Positions 20,123 to 30,349 of a stretch of DNA of 64,000 bases are shown here, piece after piece. The notes under the pieces are model-generated. The model saw only the letters and a program-made list of their open reading frames with translations, had not been told where the DNA came from and made no database searches. Position numbers and translations under genes: made by a program. The stretch is from a bacterium. Lineage in GTDB: Bacteria > Zhuqueibacterota > Zhuqueibacteria > Residuimicrobiales > Krinioviventaceae. The DNA is taken from assembly GCA_963674595.2 (NCBI GenBank), contig CAXXFV010000017.1:64001-128000 (forward strand), written 5' to 3'. The stretch's first letter is position 1. Each line of letters starts with the position of its first letter.

Positions 20123-20138
20123 TATTGATAGGAGATAT

Positions 20139-20384
20139 ATGATGAAAACAATTAGCGTAACAAAAGCACGAACAAACCTGTATAAACTGATCGATGAAAC
20201 ATCCGATATTCATGAGCCGATTCAAATTACCGGTAAACGTTCAAACGCTGTTTTGATATCTGAAGATGATTGGCGGTCCATACAGGAAACATTACATTTG
20301 CTGTCCATTCCGGGAATGCGCGAGTCTATCGTAAGTGGACTTGAAACTCCTGTTGATGAATGTTCCGAGGAACTCGAATGGTGA
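20139..20384 (+). CDS. yefM: type II antitoxin, Phd/YefM family
   Basis: MKTISVTKARTNLYKLID...EPIQITGKRSNAVLISEDDWRSIQETLHLLSIPGMRESI; SD AGGAG. The ORF-track extension to 20013 runs into the repeat. Confidence 0.93.
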   Translation: MMKTISVTKARTNLYKLIDETSDIHEPIQITGKRSNAVLISEDDWRSIQETLHLLSIPGMRESIVSGLETPVDECSEELEW

Positions 20385-20644
20385 AATGGAAACTGGTTTA
20401 TACGAAACAAGCCCAAAAAGACGCAAAAAAAATTAAATCTTGTGGTCTAAAATCAAATGTTGTCGAACTGTTAAAGATTTTGGAAAGAGATCCCTTCCAA
20501 ACGCCCCCTCCTTATGAAAAACTTGTTGGTGATTTGACTGGAATATGTTCGCGACGAATAAATATCCAACATCGGCTTGTCTACCAGGTTTTAAAAGATG
20601 AAAAAATCGTTAAAATAATCCGTATGTGGACGCACTATGAATAA
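20378..20644 (+). CDS. yoeB: type II toxin, Txe/YoeB family
   Basis: PPPYEKLVGDLTGICSRRINIQHRLVYQV...KIIRMWTHYE; overlaps the antitoxin stop. Confidence 0.93.
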   Translation: MVKWKLVYTKQAQKDAKKIKSCGLKSNVVELLKILERDPFQTPPPYEKLVGDLTGICSRRINIQHRLVYQVLKDEKIVKIIRMWTHYE

Positions 20645-21311
20645 TAAAAAATCCACAACAAAACATATTTTTTCATTTTTTATACCAAAATATGACGAGT
20701 TGTCAACTTTTTTAATCATCTTTACTCTGGCGCTATTGCTGCTTTTTGATGGTGAATGCAGAGATCAAATCTTTTCCTATTACCGAATACCCATTTTTTC
20801 AGGCGGTTTTGACGACTTTCAAGCGTTTTTAATAGAACTTGGTTTTTTATTTGTAGTTACATTTCTACTAGTACTTGGTTTACTGATTTCACTCTTTCAT
20901 ATATATATGCCGGGTAAAAAAGGGAAAATTAGTCAATTTTGTATGAAATTTTTAGCGCTGACCATCAGCGGTTATGCCGGAATTCAAAGCGGTATTTACG
21001 TTATTCAAAATGAATTGTATACGTATTTTTTCCTTCCCTTGTGGAATATCCTTATCGGAGTATTTTTTATTTATAGTACGGCTTTTATAGACAAAGTTCC
21101 CTTCGACCAAAGAGATGCAACGCCCTCGCAGGTAAAATATAGCCTTTTTATTGTTTTTATGGTATTTTTTATGCTTTATTTTGTCAGACACGAGTATTGG
21201 GCAATTGTCTTTTCTATTTGTGTCAGTTATGCTTTTTGTTTAAATAATGCTGTTCTCAATGGAACCGAATCCTTGAAAACAAAGTTAAAAAATAAGGAAA
21301 TTTTGTGTTAA
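20637..21311 (+). CDS. hypothetical multi-pass membrane protein
   Basis: About six hydrophobic segments, very AT-rich; start overlaps the yoeB stop (ATGAATAA). Confidence 0.72.
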   Translation: MNNKKSTTKHIFSFFIPKYDELSTFLIIFTLALLLLFDGECRDQIFSYYRIPIFSGGFDDFQAFLIELGFLFVVTFLLVLGLLISLFHIYMPGKKGKISQFCMKFLALTISGYAGIQSGIYVIQNELYTYFFLPLWNILIGVFFIYSTAFIDKVPFDQRDATPSQVKYSLFIVFMVFFMLYFVRHEYWAIVFSICVSYAFCLNNAVLNGTESLKTKLKNKEILC

Positions 21312-21337
21312 GAAATAAATTGATTAAAATTAAATCC

Positions 21338-22761
21338 GTAGGGACTGACCCCCGTGTCTGTCCTGAAACGGGGCAATCACAGGGGATTGCCCCTACAGTT
21401 CATCATAAAATCCGTAGGGCCAGACCCCCGTGTCTGTCCCGATACGGTCAATCACAGGGGATTGCCCCTACAGTTCATCATAAAATCCGTAGGGCCAGAC
21501 CCCCGTGTCTGTCCTGACATGGGTCAATCACAGGGGATTGCCCCTACAGTTCATCATAAAAATCGTAGTGACAGACCCCCGTGTCTGTCCTGACATGGGT
21601 CAATCACAGGGGATTGCCCCTACAGTTCATCATAAAAATCGTAGTGACAGACCCCCGTGTCTGTCCTGAGATTGGGCAATCACAGGGGATTGCCATTACA
21701 GTTCATCATAAAATCCGTAGGGACAGACCCCCGTGTCTGTCCTGAAACGGGGCAATCACAGGGGATTGCCCCTACAGTTCATCATAAAATCCGTAGGGCC
21801 AGACCCCCGTGTCTGTCCCGATACGGTCAATCACAGGAGATTTCCATTACATTTGATTATAAAAACCATAGGGACAGATCCCCGTGTCTGTCCGAATACG
21901 GGGCAATCACAGGGCATTGCCCCTACAGTTCATCATAAAATCCGTAGGGACAGACCCCCGTGTCTGTCCTGAGATTGGGCAATCACAGGGAATTGCCATT
22001 ACATTTGATTATTAAAACCATAGGGACATCCCCCTGTGTCTGTCCTGACATGGGTCAATCACAGGGGATTGCCCCTACAGTTCATCATAAAATCCGTAGG
22101 GCCAGACCCCCGTGTCTGTCCTGACATGGGTGAATCACAGGGGATTGCCCCTACAGTTCATCATAAAATCCGTAGGGACAGACCCCCGTGTCTGTCCTGA
22201 AACGGGGCAATCACAGGGGATTGCCCCTACAGTTCATCATAAAATCCGTAGGGCCAGACCCCCGTGTCTGTCCTGACATGGGTCAATCACAGGGGATTGC
22301 CCCTACAGTTCATCATAAAAATCGTAGTGACAGACCCCCGTGTCTGTCCTGACATGGGTCAATCACAGGGGATTGCCCCTACAGTTCATCATAAAAATCG
22401 TAGTGACAGACCCCCGTGTCTGTCCTGAGATTGGGCAATCACAGGGGATTGCCATTACATTTGATTATTAAAACCATAGGGACATCCCCCTGTGTCTGTC
22501 CTGACATGGGTCAATCACAGGTAATCGCCCTAACAATTTATTATAAAAACCGTAGGGCCAGACCCCCGTGTCTGTCCCGATACGGTCAATCACAGGAGAT
22601 TTCCATTACATTTGATTATAAAAACCATAGGGACAGATCCCCGTGTCTGTCCGAATACGGGGCAATCACAGGGCATTGCCCCTACAGTTCATCATAAAAT
22701 CCGTAGGGACAGACCCCCGTGTCTGTCCTGAGATTGGGCAATCACAGGGGATTGCACCTAC
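21338..22761. repeat. REP/BIME-like tandem array 2: 19 units of 75-76 bp
   Basis: Same unit and orientation as array 1. Unit starts 21338, 21414, 21489, 21565, 21641, 21717, 21793, 21868, 21944, 22020, 22096, 22172, 22248, 22324, 22400, 22476, 22552, 22627, 22703. Confidence 0.92.
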
Positions 22762-22866
22762 AATTCATTATTGATTCTATGGCAAAATATATTTCCAATG
22801 AGCGGAAATATACGTATATTGTCACGAACTGTTTGATATTTTTAACATTTAAATAACGATTCTGAA

Positions 22867-23322
22867 ATGAAAATTCTGGTTGACGCTGACGCCTGCCCGG
22901 TGGCGGTTAAAGACATTTTGATTAAAACTTCAAAACGGCTGGATTTGCAACTGATTTTTGTTGCAAATCAATTTATGCGGCTGCCCAAGTCAGACCTTAT
23001 TCAATGTATTGTTGTACCGAATGAACCGGACAAAGCCGACGATCATATCTGTGATATCATGCAGGCAGACGATCTGGTTATTTCCGCAGATATTCCTCTG
23101 GCGGACCGGGTCATTAAAAAAGACGGTGTGGTGCTGGATCCCAGAGGATCCCTGCTGACCAAAGATAATATCGGCGAACGACTGTCCATGCGAAACCTGA
23201 TGGACGAGCTGCGCTCTTCCGGCATTGAAACCGGCGGGCCCCGGTCCTATGGAAAAAGGGAACGGCAGGATTTTGTTAATCAACTGGACCGGTTTTTAAC
23301 CAAAGTTTTGAAAAACAGATGA
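22867..23322 (+). CDS. YaiI/YqxD (UPF0178) family protein
   Basis: MKILVDADACPV, ADDHI, DLVISADIPLA, NIGERLSMRNLMDELR..G..TGGP. Confidence 0.92.
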   Translation: MKILVDADACPVAVKDILIKTSKRLDLQLIFVANQFMRLPKSDLIQCIVVPNEPDKADDHICDIMQADDLVISADIPLADRVIKKDGVVLDPRGSLLTKDNIGERLSMRNLMDELRSSGIETGGPRSYGKRERQDFVNQLDRFLTKVLKNR

Positions 23323-23381
23323 TTCATAAAATGTCAATGTCAGGATCATATTCAAAAATATATTTAAGAAAGTAACATTAC

Positions 23382-23591
23382 ATGGATGGCAAATTTCGTG
23401 AAAATATACGTCCCGGTTTGCCGGTGGCGATTGTATTAAAAAAAGACCAGCGTTCCGGCAAGCTCACAGAGGGAATTGTTAAAGACATTTTAACCAAAGT
23501 TCCAAAACATCATCGCGGTATAAAGGTAAGGCTTGAAAACGGTGACATCGGCCGTGTGCAGCAGATTTTACAAACACCGGATGAGGGATAG
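23382..23591 (+). CDS. YwbE (DUF2196) family protein
   Basis: IVLKKDQRSGKLTEGIVKDILTK...HHRGIKVRLENGDIGRVQ. Confidence 0.9.
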   Translation: MDGKFRENIRPGLPVAIVLKKDQRSGKLTEGIVKDILTKVPKHHRGIKVRLENGDIGRVQQILQTPDEG

Positions 23592-23705
23592 ACGGATTTT
23601 ATAATTGTTTAAGGGATTTCGGGGACAGACCGTTTTACGTTTGATTTGTAAAATATTTTATCTATGTTTTATTATCCGGAAAATGAATATTGACAGGAGA
23701 ATCTA

Positions 23706-24794
23706 ATGATAAAACTGCTCAAGATATGTGCAATCCCAAGTCTGCTCTTTTTGATATTGTCCTGTACGAATGACGAAAATAAAACATGGCTGCAGATAGA
23801 CAACACCATCTATGGCGCCAAACCCGATTCCCTTGGTCCAATCGGCGGCGGAATCGGCTATAAAAATATTATTACGAACGGCGATTACGTTGTGGACTGT
23901 CTGGATTCATTGGTCAGTGCCCTTTCCAAAGCAACATCCGGACAGGTTGTTTTTATCCCCGGTGAAACGGAAATAGACATGACGTCTTTAATATATATTG
24001 AAAAACTGGTCCTGCATATACCGGAAGGCGTTACCCTGGCAGGAGACCGGGGACATGATGGATCACAGGGTGCCATTCTTACCAGCGACGCTCTTGATAC
24101 CCCGGCCATGATGACGGCAGATGGACCTGATGTTCGTATTACCGGTCTGCGCATTCAGGGACCGAACCCCAAACGTTATCTGGACCATCATCGCCGCGCT
24201 TTTGGTGAAGGCGGCGCCAGGCATGCATATTATTACAAGTTTCCCACATCTGACGGAATCGTTACCGTAGATGATCAGCTTACGGTTGATAATTGTGATA
24301 TTTCCGGTTTTGCTCACAGCGGCATCTGTTTGCGCGCGGGAAAAGGACACCATATTCACCACAACTTTATTCATCATTGTCAATATAACGGCCTGGGATA
24401 CGGCATTTCCCATAGTATTGCTTCGTCACTCATTGAATACAATTTGTTTAACTGGAACCGGCATTCTATTGCCGGTACGGGGAGTCCCGGCTGCGGTTAT
24501 ATTGCCAGGCATAATATAGAGATTGGCGAATCATTGAGTCACTGTTTTGATATGCACGGAGGCCGGGACAGAAAGGATGGGACCGACATTGCCGGTACAT
24601 TTTTAGAAATTTATAACAATTCCTTTTTTGCAAACCAAACACCGGTCGTTATTCGCGGTGTTCCTCAGGAAACCTGTGAGGTCCATCATAACTGGTTTGC
24701 CGGATACGCTGATGTCAATAAAGCGGTAAAAGCATCTGCAAAGACACATGTTTATGATAATGCCTATGGCGAGGAAAATGTCACGGTAAAATGA
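23706..24794 (+). CDS. right-handed parallel beta-helix lipoprotein
   Basis: Lipobox LILSC; VRITGLRIQG, VDNCDISGF, HIHHNFIHHC, IEYNLF, IYNNSF beta-helix rungs. Confidence 0.78.
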   Translation: MIKLLKICAIPSLLFLILSCTNDENKTWLQIDNTIYGAKPDSLGPIGGGIGYKNIITNGDYVVDCLDSLVSALSKATSGQVVFIPGETEIDMTSLIYIEKLVLHIPEGVTLAGDRGHDGSQGAILTSDALDTPAMMTADGPDVRITGLRIQGPNPKRYLDHHRRAFGEGGARHAYYYKFPTSDGIVTVDDQLTVDNCDISGFAHSGICLRAGKGHHIHHNFIHHCQYNGLGYGISHSIASSLIEYNLFNWNRHSIAGTGSPGCGYIARHNIEIGESLSHCFDMHGGRDRKDGTDIAGTFLEIYNNSFFANQTPVVIRGVPQETCEVHHNWFAGYADVNKAVKASAKTHVYDNAYGEENVTVK

Positions 24795-24916
24795 TTTTAC
24801 AACTGAATAAAATGAGCCTCTTAAAGCGATGACATGGTAATAATTATGCTTTTTAATATTTTAAAAACGACTTTCCTTTTATTCACAATATTGGTTATAG
24901 GGGTGGAGACTACATT

Positions 24917-25339
24917 TTGATTCGTGCGTTTAAACCTTCCGACATGGAGCCGGTTTTGCAAATCTGGCTCGACGCTTCCATACAGGCACATCATTTTATT
25001 CCAAAGCAATTTTGGGAATCCCGGTTGAATGATATGCGCAATATTTATGTACCTTCAGGTGAAACTTATGTTTATCTTGAGGAGGATAATATTCTGGGTT
25101 TTATGTCCCTGATGGAAAATACTCTGGCCGCGCTTTTTGTTGTGCCGGAACAACAGGGCAAAGGCATTGGAAAACAATTAATGGCAAAGGCAAAATTATT
25201 ACGTCAAGATCTGGTGCTCACAGTTTATAAGGAAAATCAGAACAGTATCGAGTTTTATAAAAAATGCGGATTTGTCATTGTCAAAGAACAAATCGACGTT
25301 CATACCGCTCATCCTGAACTGGTTATGCGGTATCCATAA
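24917..25339 (+). CDS. GNAT N-acetyltransferase (YiaC/YjaB-like)
   Basis: IWLDASIQAHHFIP, ALFVVPEQQGKGIGKQL, VYKENQNSIEFYKKCGF; TTG start with GGAG SD. Confidence 0.9.
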   Translation: MIRAFKPSDMEPVLQIWLDASIQAHHFIPKQFWESRLNDMRNIYVPSGETYVYLEEDNILGFMSLMENTLAALFVVPEQQGKGIGKQLMAKAKLLRQDLVLTVYKENQNSIEFYKKCGFVIVKEQIDVHTAHPELVMRYP

Positions 25340-25431
25340 TTTGTGAAAAATAAAAATATCTCCCGGCTTGCATTCCTCTTTTAAAATTATTATTATGGAT
25401 AAACAGGTTAAAACTAGAAACAGGACTCGAT

Positions 25432-27090
25432 ATGTTGAATGCATTTTTAGCTTTTTTACCGATTTTGATTTCCGCATTATTATTGGTTGGCCTGAGATGG
25501 CCGGCAAAACTGGCCATGCCGGTTGTGTTTTTTCTTGCTGCTGCCATTGCCATGTTTTTTTGGGATGTGTCTTTTACCGTTCTTGCCGCGTCTTCAATTC
25601 AGGGACTTTTTATCACCTTTAACGTTTTGTATATCATTTTCGGGGCAATTTTACTGTTAAATACGCTCAAACATTCCGGGGCCATTACCGCGATACGATC
25701 CGGATTCGCAAAAATCAGCACGGACCGTCGGGTGCAGGTGATCATTATTGCCTGGCTGTTTGGCTCTTTTATTGAAGGAGCGTCCGGTTTCGGCACACCG
25801 GCTGCTATTGCCGCACCACTGCTGGTTGCTTTAGGATTCCCGGCTGCTGCTGCTGTTATGATCGGTATGATGATTCAAAGTACGGCCGTAACTTTTGGCG
25901 CAGTGGGTACGCCGATTCTCATCGGTGTCCGTGGCGGTCTGGAAAATCCGGAGTTACTGGCTAAACTGGCTGCCTCCGGGCACAATATGGATTGGCTTTT
26001 GGCAAAAGTAGCGGCACTGTCCGCGTTGTTTCATGCGGTTGCCGGTACATTGATCCCGCTATTGATGATTGTAATGATGACCCGTTTTTTCGGTAAAAAT
26101 AAAAGCTGGAGGGAGGGCCTGTCCATTGCTCCCTTTGCCCTGTTCAGTGGTCTGGCGTTTACAATACCCTACATGCTGACCGGCGTTTTTTTAGGACCCG
26201 AGTTTCCTTCGTTATTGGGCGCGCTTGTCGGTTTGGCAATTGTGACCCTGGCAGCTTATAAAAAGTTTCTCATTCCCAAAGACTCATGGGACTTTGCCGA
26301 TGCTGTAGAGTGGCCGCAAGAATGGCTGGGAAACATTGAAATAAAACTGGATTCCATGACCAAACGAAAAATGCCGGTTGCACTGGCCTGGCTGCCCTAT
26401 TTGTTTGTTGCACTGTTCCTGGTTATGACCCGTTTGCCCCAGCTTGGATTGAACCGTTTACTCAAATCTGTTGTTATAAAATGGCCGCACATTTTCGGCA
26501 CATCCATATCCGGTGCCTCGGAACTTTTATATTTGCCCGGCACGGTTTTGCTGGTAACAGTGATCATTACCTTTTTTATTCATCAAATGAAAATAAAAGA
26601 GCTTGGTGCGGCTGTTGGTGAATCCGCAAAGATACTGTTCGGCGCCGGATTCGTGTTGATTTTTACCGTGCCGATGGTGCGTATTTACATCAACTCCGGT
26701 ATGAACCTGTCAAACCTGCCGAGTATGCCCGTGACCATGGCGCAATGGGTGGCCGACACCGTCGGCGGTATCTGGCCGTTTTTTGCACCCTCTATCGGTG
26801 CTCTGGGCGCTTTTATTGCCGGGAGCAATACCGTTAGTAATCTTATGTTCAGCTTGTTTCAATACAGCGTTGCCGAACGGCTTGCCATATCCGGTGTTAC
26901 GGTCGTTTCACTTCAGGCGGTCGGCGCGGCAGCCGGTAATATGATCGCTATTCATAATGTTGTGGCCGCTTCCGCTACTGTGGGATTTCTCGGAAAGGAA
27001 GGATATATTTTACAAAAAACCGTTTTACCTACACTCTATTATGTGGCTCTGGTTGGATTGCTGGGTATGCTGGCTGTCTATCTGTTTTAA
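25432..27090 (+). CDS. lctP: L-lactate permease (LctP family)
   Basis: [68 protein letters not shown]. Confidence 0.92.
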   Translation: MLNAFLAFLPILISALLLVGLRWPAKLAMPVVFFLAAAIAMFFWDVSFTVLAASSIQGLFITFNVLYIIFGAILLLNTLKHSGAITAIRSGFAKISTDRRVQVIIIAWLFGSFIEGASGFGTPAAIAAPLLVALGFPAAAAVMIGMMIQSTAVTFGAVGTPILIGVRGGLENPELLAKLAASGHNMDWLLAKVAALSALFHAVAGTLIPLLMIVMMTRFFGKNKSWREGLSIAPFALFSGLAFTIPYMLTGVFLGPEFPSLLGALVGLAIVTLAAYKKFLIPKDSWDFADAVEWPQEWLGNIEIKLDSMTKRKMPVALAWLPYLFVALFLVMTRLPQLGLNRLLKSVVIKWPHIFGTSISGASELLYLPGTVLLVTVIITFFIHQMKIKELGAAVGESAKILFGAGFVLIFTVPMVRIYINSGMNLSNLPSMPVTMAQWVADTVGGIWPFFAPSIGALGAFIAGSNTVSNLMFSLFQYSVAERLAISGVTVVSLQAVGAAAGNMIAIHNVVAASATVGFLGKEGYILQKTVLPTLYYVALVGLLGMLAVYLF

Positions 27091-27502
27091 TGTATGCCGT
27101 CCTGATGACATAAAGCAAAAGGTAAGGCTGATTTGAATGAAAATATTACAGACTTTGCCTGAAGCAAATAATAAAAAAGAATCCGATGCTTTTGATAAAA
27201 GGATTTTTGATATTATGTAGTGTATATACAGCTATTTACGATTTAAAAAGACAAGCCGTCGGATTGATTTTCTGATGACACCCGGATGAAAACCAGTCCC
27301 AAGGTACCTTTTGCCGTAATAGTGGTTCCGTTTATCCGATTCATTGAATATTGTTAAAATCCTTGCCTTTAGCAGATTGTTTATGTATTATTTATCTGTT
27401 TTTAATTGAAATTTTTTCTAATTTCCTTATTATATAAAATACTCGACTATTTTAATCCGGTGCAGTCATAATAGATTGCAAATTTTTTTTTCGGAGAATT
27501 TT

Positions 27503-28894
27503 ATGAGCCTTATGATTGAAAATATATTTTTTCATATAAAAAATCTGTTGAAAAATAAAAACTTTCTTTTTGTTATATTTACCCTGGCGGTTTTTATATA
27601 CCTTCATGCCGCAATTATACATTCCATAACCGTAAACACCAGTCCTTTAGAAACAGACCAAAATGCATACATGCACCATGTCAGAACGGTCTATCAAAAT
27701 AATTTCTGGTTTTTGGGCGACAGAGGGCGAATGCCGCTGTACAATTATTTTCAGGTTATTTTTTATCACCCGGAATTGACTGACAATCAATTGTTTTTAC
27801 AAGGAAAATTACTTAATATCTTTTTGTCCATTGGTCTGCTCGGACTTTTATACTGGGTGTTTTTAAAAAATCTGTCAAAATTTTCATCTGTTTTATTGGT
27901 ATTGATTACAGGCTTTACAATTTTTATGAGCAAGGCCCCCTATTTTCAATGTGAAGTATTGTATTTCTTTTTAAGCTTTTTATCGTTTATTTTAATTGCC
28001 AAACTTATTTCCGAACCAAACTGGAAACTTGGAATCGCTGCCGGAGCCATTACCGCCGCGGCCTATTTAACCAAAGCCTCTGTATTGTTGATGGTTTATT
28101 TATTTGTCGGATTTTCAATTGTTCAACTCGTTCTTTTATTACTGAATAAAAAGAACAGTCCTGATCCGGCGCAGAATAAAACACGAATGAAAAAAATATT
28201 TTATAACATGCTTGCTGTTTTTGTCGGTTTTTTGTTTTTTGCATCCCCTTATCTGGCTGAAAATAAACTGGTTTACGGCAAGGTTTTTTATAATGTGAAT
28301 ACTAACTTTTACATGTGGTATGACTCATGGAAACAGGTAAAAGAAGGGACCCGTAAACACGGGGACAGGGTCGGTTGGCCGGATATGCCAAAGGAAGAGA
28401 TCCCCAGCTTGGGAAAATATGTTAAAGAACATTCTCTGCGACAAATGGTGGTCCGTTGGTACTGGGGTTTTAAAGAGATTACACATTTCTCTTTTGACAG
28501 AGATCGTTTTAGCAGTAAAGTCACCAAATACATTTTAATTTATTTTGCCTTTCTTCTTTTCACGGCTATAAAAAATCGTGCGGCTTTTTGGGAGTTTATA
28601 AAAAAGTATGCCTTTACATTACTCCTGGCTGTTACATTTTTGGGACTTTCCTATTCGGCCTATAGTTGGGCGGCTGTTGTCATTCAGGGGCCCAGGTTTA
28701 TTCAGCCTTTTTATTTACCGGTCCTTTTTGGCCTGTTTTGGATGCTGACCCAATTGCCCGCAAATTATTTTCAGATAAATTCAATCAAGTTTAAATACTT
28801 GAATGTATTACATGTTATTGTATTTATTTTATTGATTTTTGATACGTATGATCTGATCCATAATTTTATGTTTTGTAAATACCTTGGACTTTGA
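27503..28894 (+). CDS. multi-pass membrane protein, probable GT-C fold (PMT/ArnT-like) glycosyltransferase
   Basis: Acidic first loop (ETDQNAY), RMPLY, CEVLY, AAYLTKAS, PRFIQPFY; 10 or more TM segments; start at MSLM with GGAG SD. Confidence 0.6.
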   Translation: MSLMIENIFFHIKNLLKNKNFLFVIFTLAVFIYLHAAIIHSITVNTSPLETDQNAYMHHVRTVYQNNFWFLGDRGRMPLYNYFQVIFYHPELTDNQLFLQGKLLNIFLSIGLLGLLYWVFLKNLSKFSSVLLVLITGFTIFMSKAPYFQCEVLYFFLSFLSFILIAKLISEPNWKLGIAAGAITAAAYLTKASVLLMVYLFVGFSIVQLVLLLLNKKNSPDPAQNKTRMKKIFYNMLAVFVGFLFFASPYLAENKLVYGKVFYNVNTNFYMWYDSWKQVKEGTRKHGDRVGWPDMPKEEIPSLGKYVKEHSLRQMVVRWYWGFKEITHFSFDRDRFSSKVTKYILIYFAFLLFTAIKNRAAFWEFIKKYAFTLLLAVTFLGLSYSAYSWAAVVIQGPRFIQPFYLPVLFGLFWMLTQLPANYFQINSIKFKYLNVLHVIVFILLIFDTYDLIHNFMFCKYLGL

Positions 28895-28952
28895 TCCGTT
28901 ACATTTTTCCTTTATTAAAAAATAAACCAGAACTATATGTGAGAACCCTGCC

Positions 28953-30314
28953 ATGCCCCGTTCAAAATTCAAATTTATTCTCTGCTTTTATTTTTTTACG
29001 TTTATTGCTTCAGGCTCTTTTCTTCATGCCCAATCCAATGTTATTGATATTGGTGACAGGCTCGAACTCTTTGTAGATCATTTTTTAATTGATCGTCTTG
29101 ATGGAACGCAGTTAAAGCTTGCTGCACCTGTCCTGGCGCCGCTTTCTGAACACCCAACAGGGTATTTGGCCTATGCAACCGTATTTAAGGACAGCAATGT
29201 TTATCGTATGTATGGCAGAGGTTGTAAAACAGGCGGACCGGATGGTAACAAAAAAGAACTGACCGTTTACTATGAAAGCAAGGATGGTATAAACTGGTAT
29301 TTCCCTGAACTTGCTTTATATCAGACAGATTGGTATGACAGAAAAAATGTTATCCTGGCTCATAATCCTCCGTTCAGTCATAACTTTACACCTTTTATTG
29401 ATAAAAATCCTGACTGCCCTGTCGAACAGAAATACAAGGCATTGGCCGGTGTAGAAAAAAGCGGATTGTATGCATTTGTTTCTGCTGACGGTGTGCACTG
29501 GAAAAAAATGTTTGATAAACCTGTATTGACTGATGGTATGTTTGATTCGCAAAATATCGCATTTTGGTCGGAACATGAAGGTTGTTATGTTTGTTATTTT
29601 CGCACCTGGACAGGAGAGGGGTATGAAGGATTGCGCACTATAAGCCGGTCCACTTCAAAAGATTTTGAAAACTGGACGAAAACCATTGCCATGAATCCAA
29701 ATGATACCAATGAACATTTATATACCAGTGCAATTAATCCCTACTTTCGGGCGCCGCATATTTATATCTCATTGCCGACTCGGTTTTTACCGGACCGTGG
29801 TAATTCAACGGATATTTTGTTTATGTCCAGTCGCGGCGGCAACACCTTTGACAGGACATTTATGGAAGCTTTTATTCGGCCCGGTTTGGACCCCCAAAGA
29901 TGGTTAAACAGGGCAAACTATGCCACGTTAAATGTTGTGCCCACCGGTTATGATGAAATGTCTATATACATGCGTGAAAAACGTTACACGCTCCGAACCG
30001 ATGGATTTGTCTCTGTTAATGCCCCTTATAAAGGCGGTGACATGTTGACAAAACCATTCATATTTAAGGGAGACAGCCTGGTTATCAATTTTGCCACGGC
30101 CGCATCCGGAATGCTCCAGGTAGAAATCCAGGATGAGTTTGGCAATCCTCTTGAGGGTTTCTCTTTATCCGATTGTCCTCCTGTAATTGGTGATGAAATT
30201 GAAAAAACAGTTTGCTGGCAAAATGGCGCTTCTGTCAGCCGTTTGGCCGGAACACCGGTTCGCCTGAGGTTTTATCTACAGGATGCCGATTTATATTCCA
30301 TTCGATTTAAATAA
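28953..30314 (+). CDS. secreted beta-propeller protein, GH32/GH43-like clan
   Basis: Signal peptide; Asp-box-like repeats YESKDGINW, VSADGVHW, STSKDFENW, SSRGGNTF; FDSQNIAFW; LRTDGFVS; C-terminal beta-sandwich ending ADLYSIRF. Confidence 0.65.
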   Translation: MPRSKFKFILCFYFFTFIASGSFLHAQSNVIDIGDRLELFVDHFLIDRLDGTQLKLAAPVLAPLSEHPTGYLAYATVFKDSNVYRMYGRGCKTGGPDGNKKELTVYYESKDGINWYFPELALYQTDWYDRKNVILAHNPPFSHNFTPFIDKNPDCPVEQKYKALAGVEKSGLYAFVSADGVHWKKMFDKPVLTDGMFDSQNIAFWSEHEGCYVCYFRTWTGEGYEGLRTISRSTSKDFENWTKTIAMNPNDTNEHLYTSAINPYFRAPHIYISLPTRFLPDRGNSTDILFMSSRGGNTFDRTFMEAFIRPGLDPQRWLNRANYATLNVVPTGYDEMSIYMREKRYTLRTDGFVSVNAPYKGGDMLTKPFIFKGDSLVINFATAASGMLQVEIQDEFGNPLEGFSLSDCPPVIGDEIEKTVCWQNGASVSRLAGTPVRLRFYLQDADLYSIRFK

Positions 30315-30349
30315 ATTTCGATATAACTATTCTTTTAATGGAGGAACAC

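Noticed and set aside
18601-22697. Short ORFs inside the arrays (e.g. 18601-18891, 18641-18967, 19787-20038, 21305-21972, 22416-22697) and the N-terminal extension of the 20013 ORF
   Set aside because: They are translations of the repeat unit in several frames, with no SD, and are broken wherever a 76-bp unit shifts frame.
18638-22761. CRISPR array interpretation of the regular 75-76 bp repeats
   Set aside because: No unique spacers: the inter-hairpin segments are short and reused. No cas genes in the window. GTAG-hairpin structure fits REP elements.
18118-25339. Integron cassette array (TA, GNAT and small genes near palindromic repeats)
   Set aside because: No RYYYAAC...GTTRRRY attC structures recognised and no integron integrase in the window.
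27272-27300. Hammerhead ribozyme core (CTGATGA...GAAA...GTC)
   Set aside because: Stem II cannot close (C opposite T) and no convincing stems I and III.
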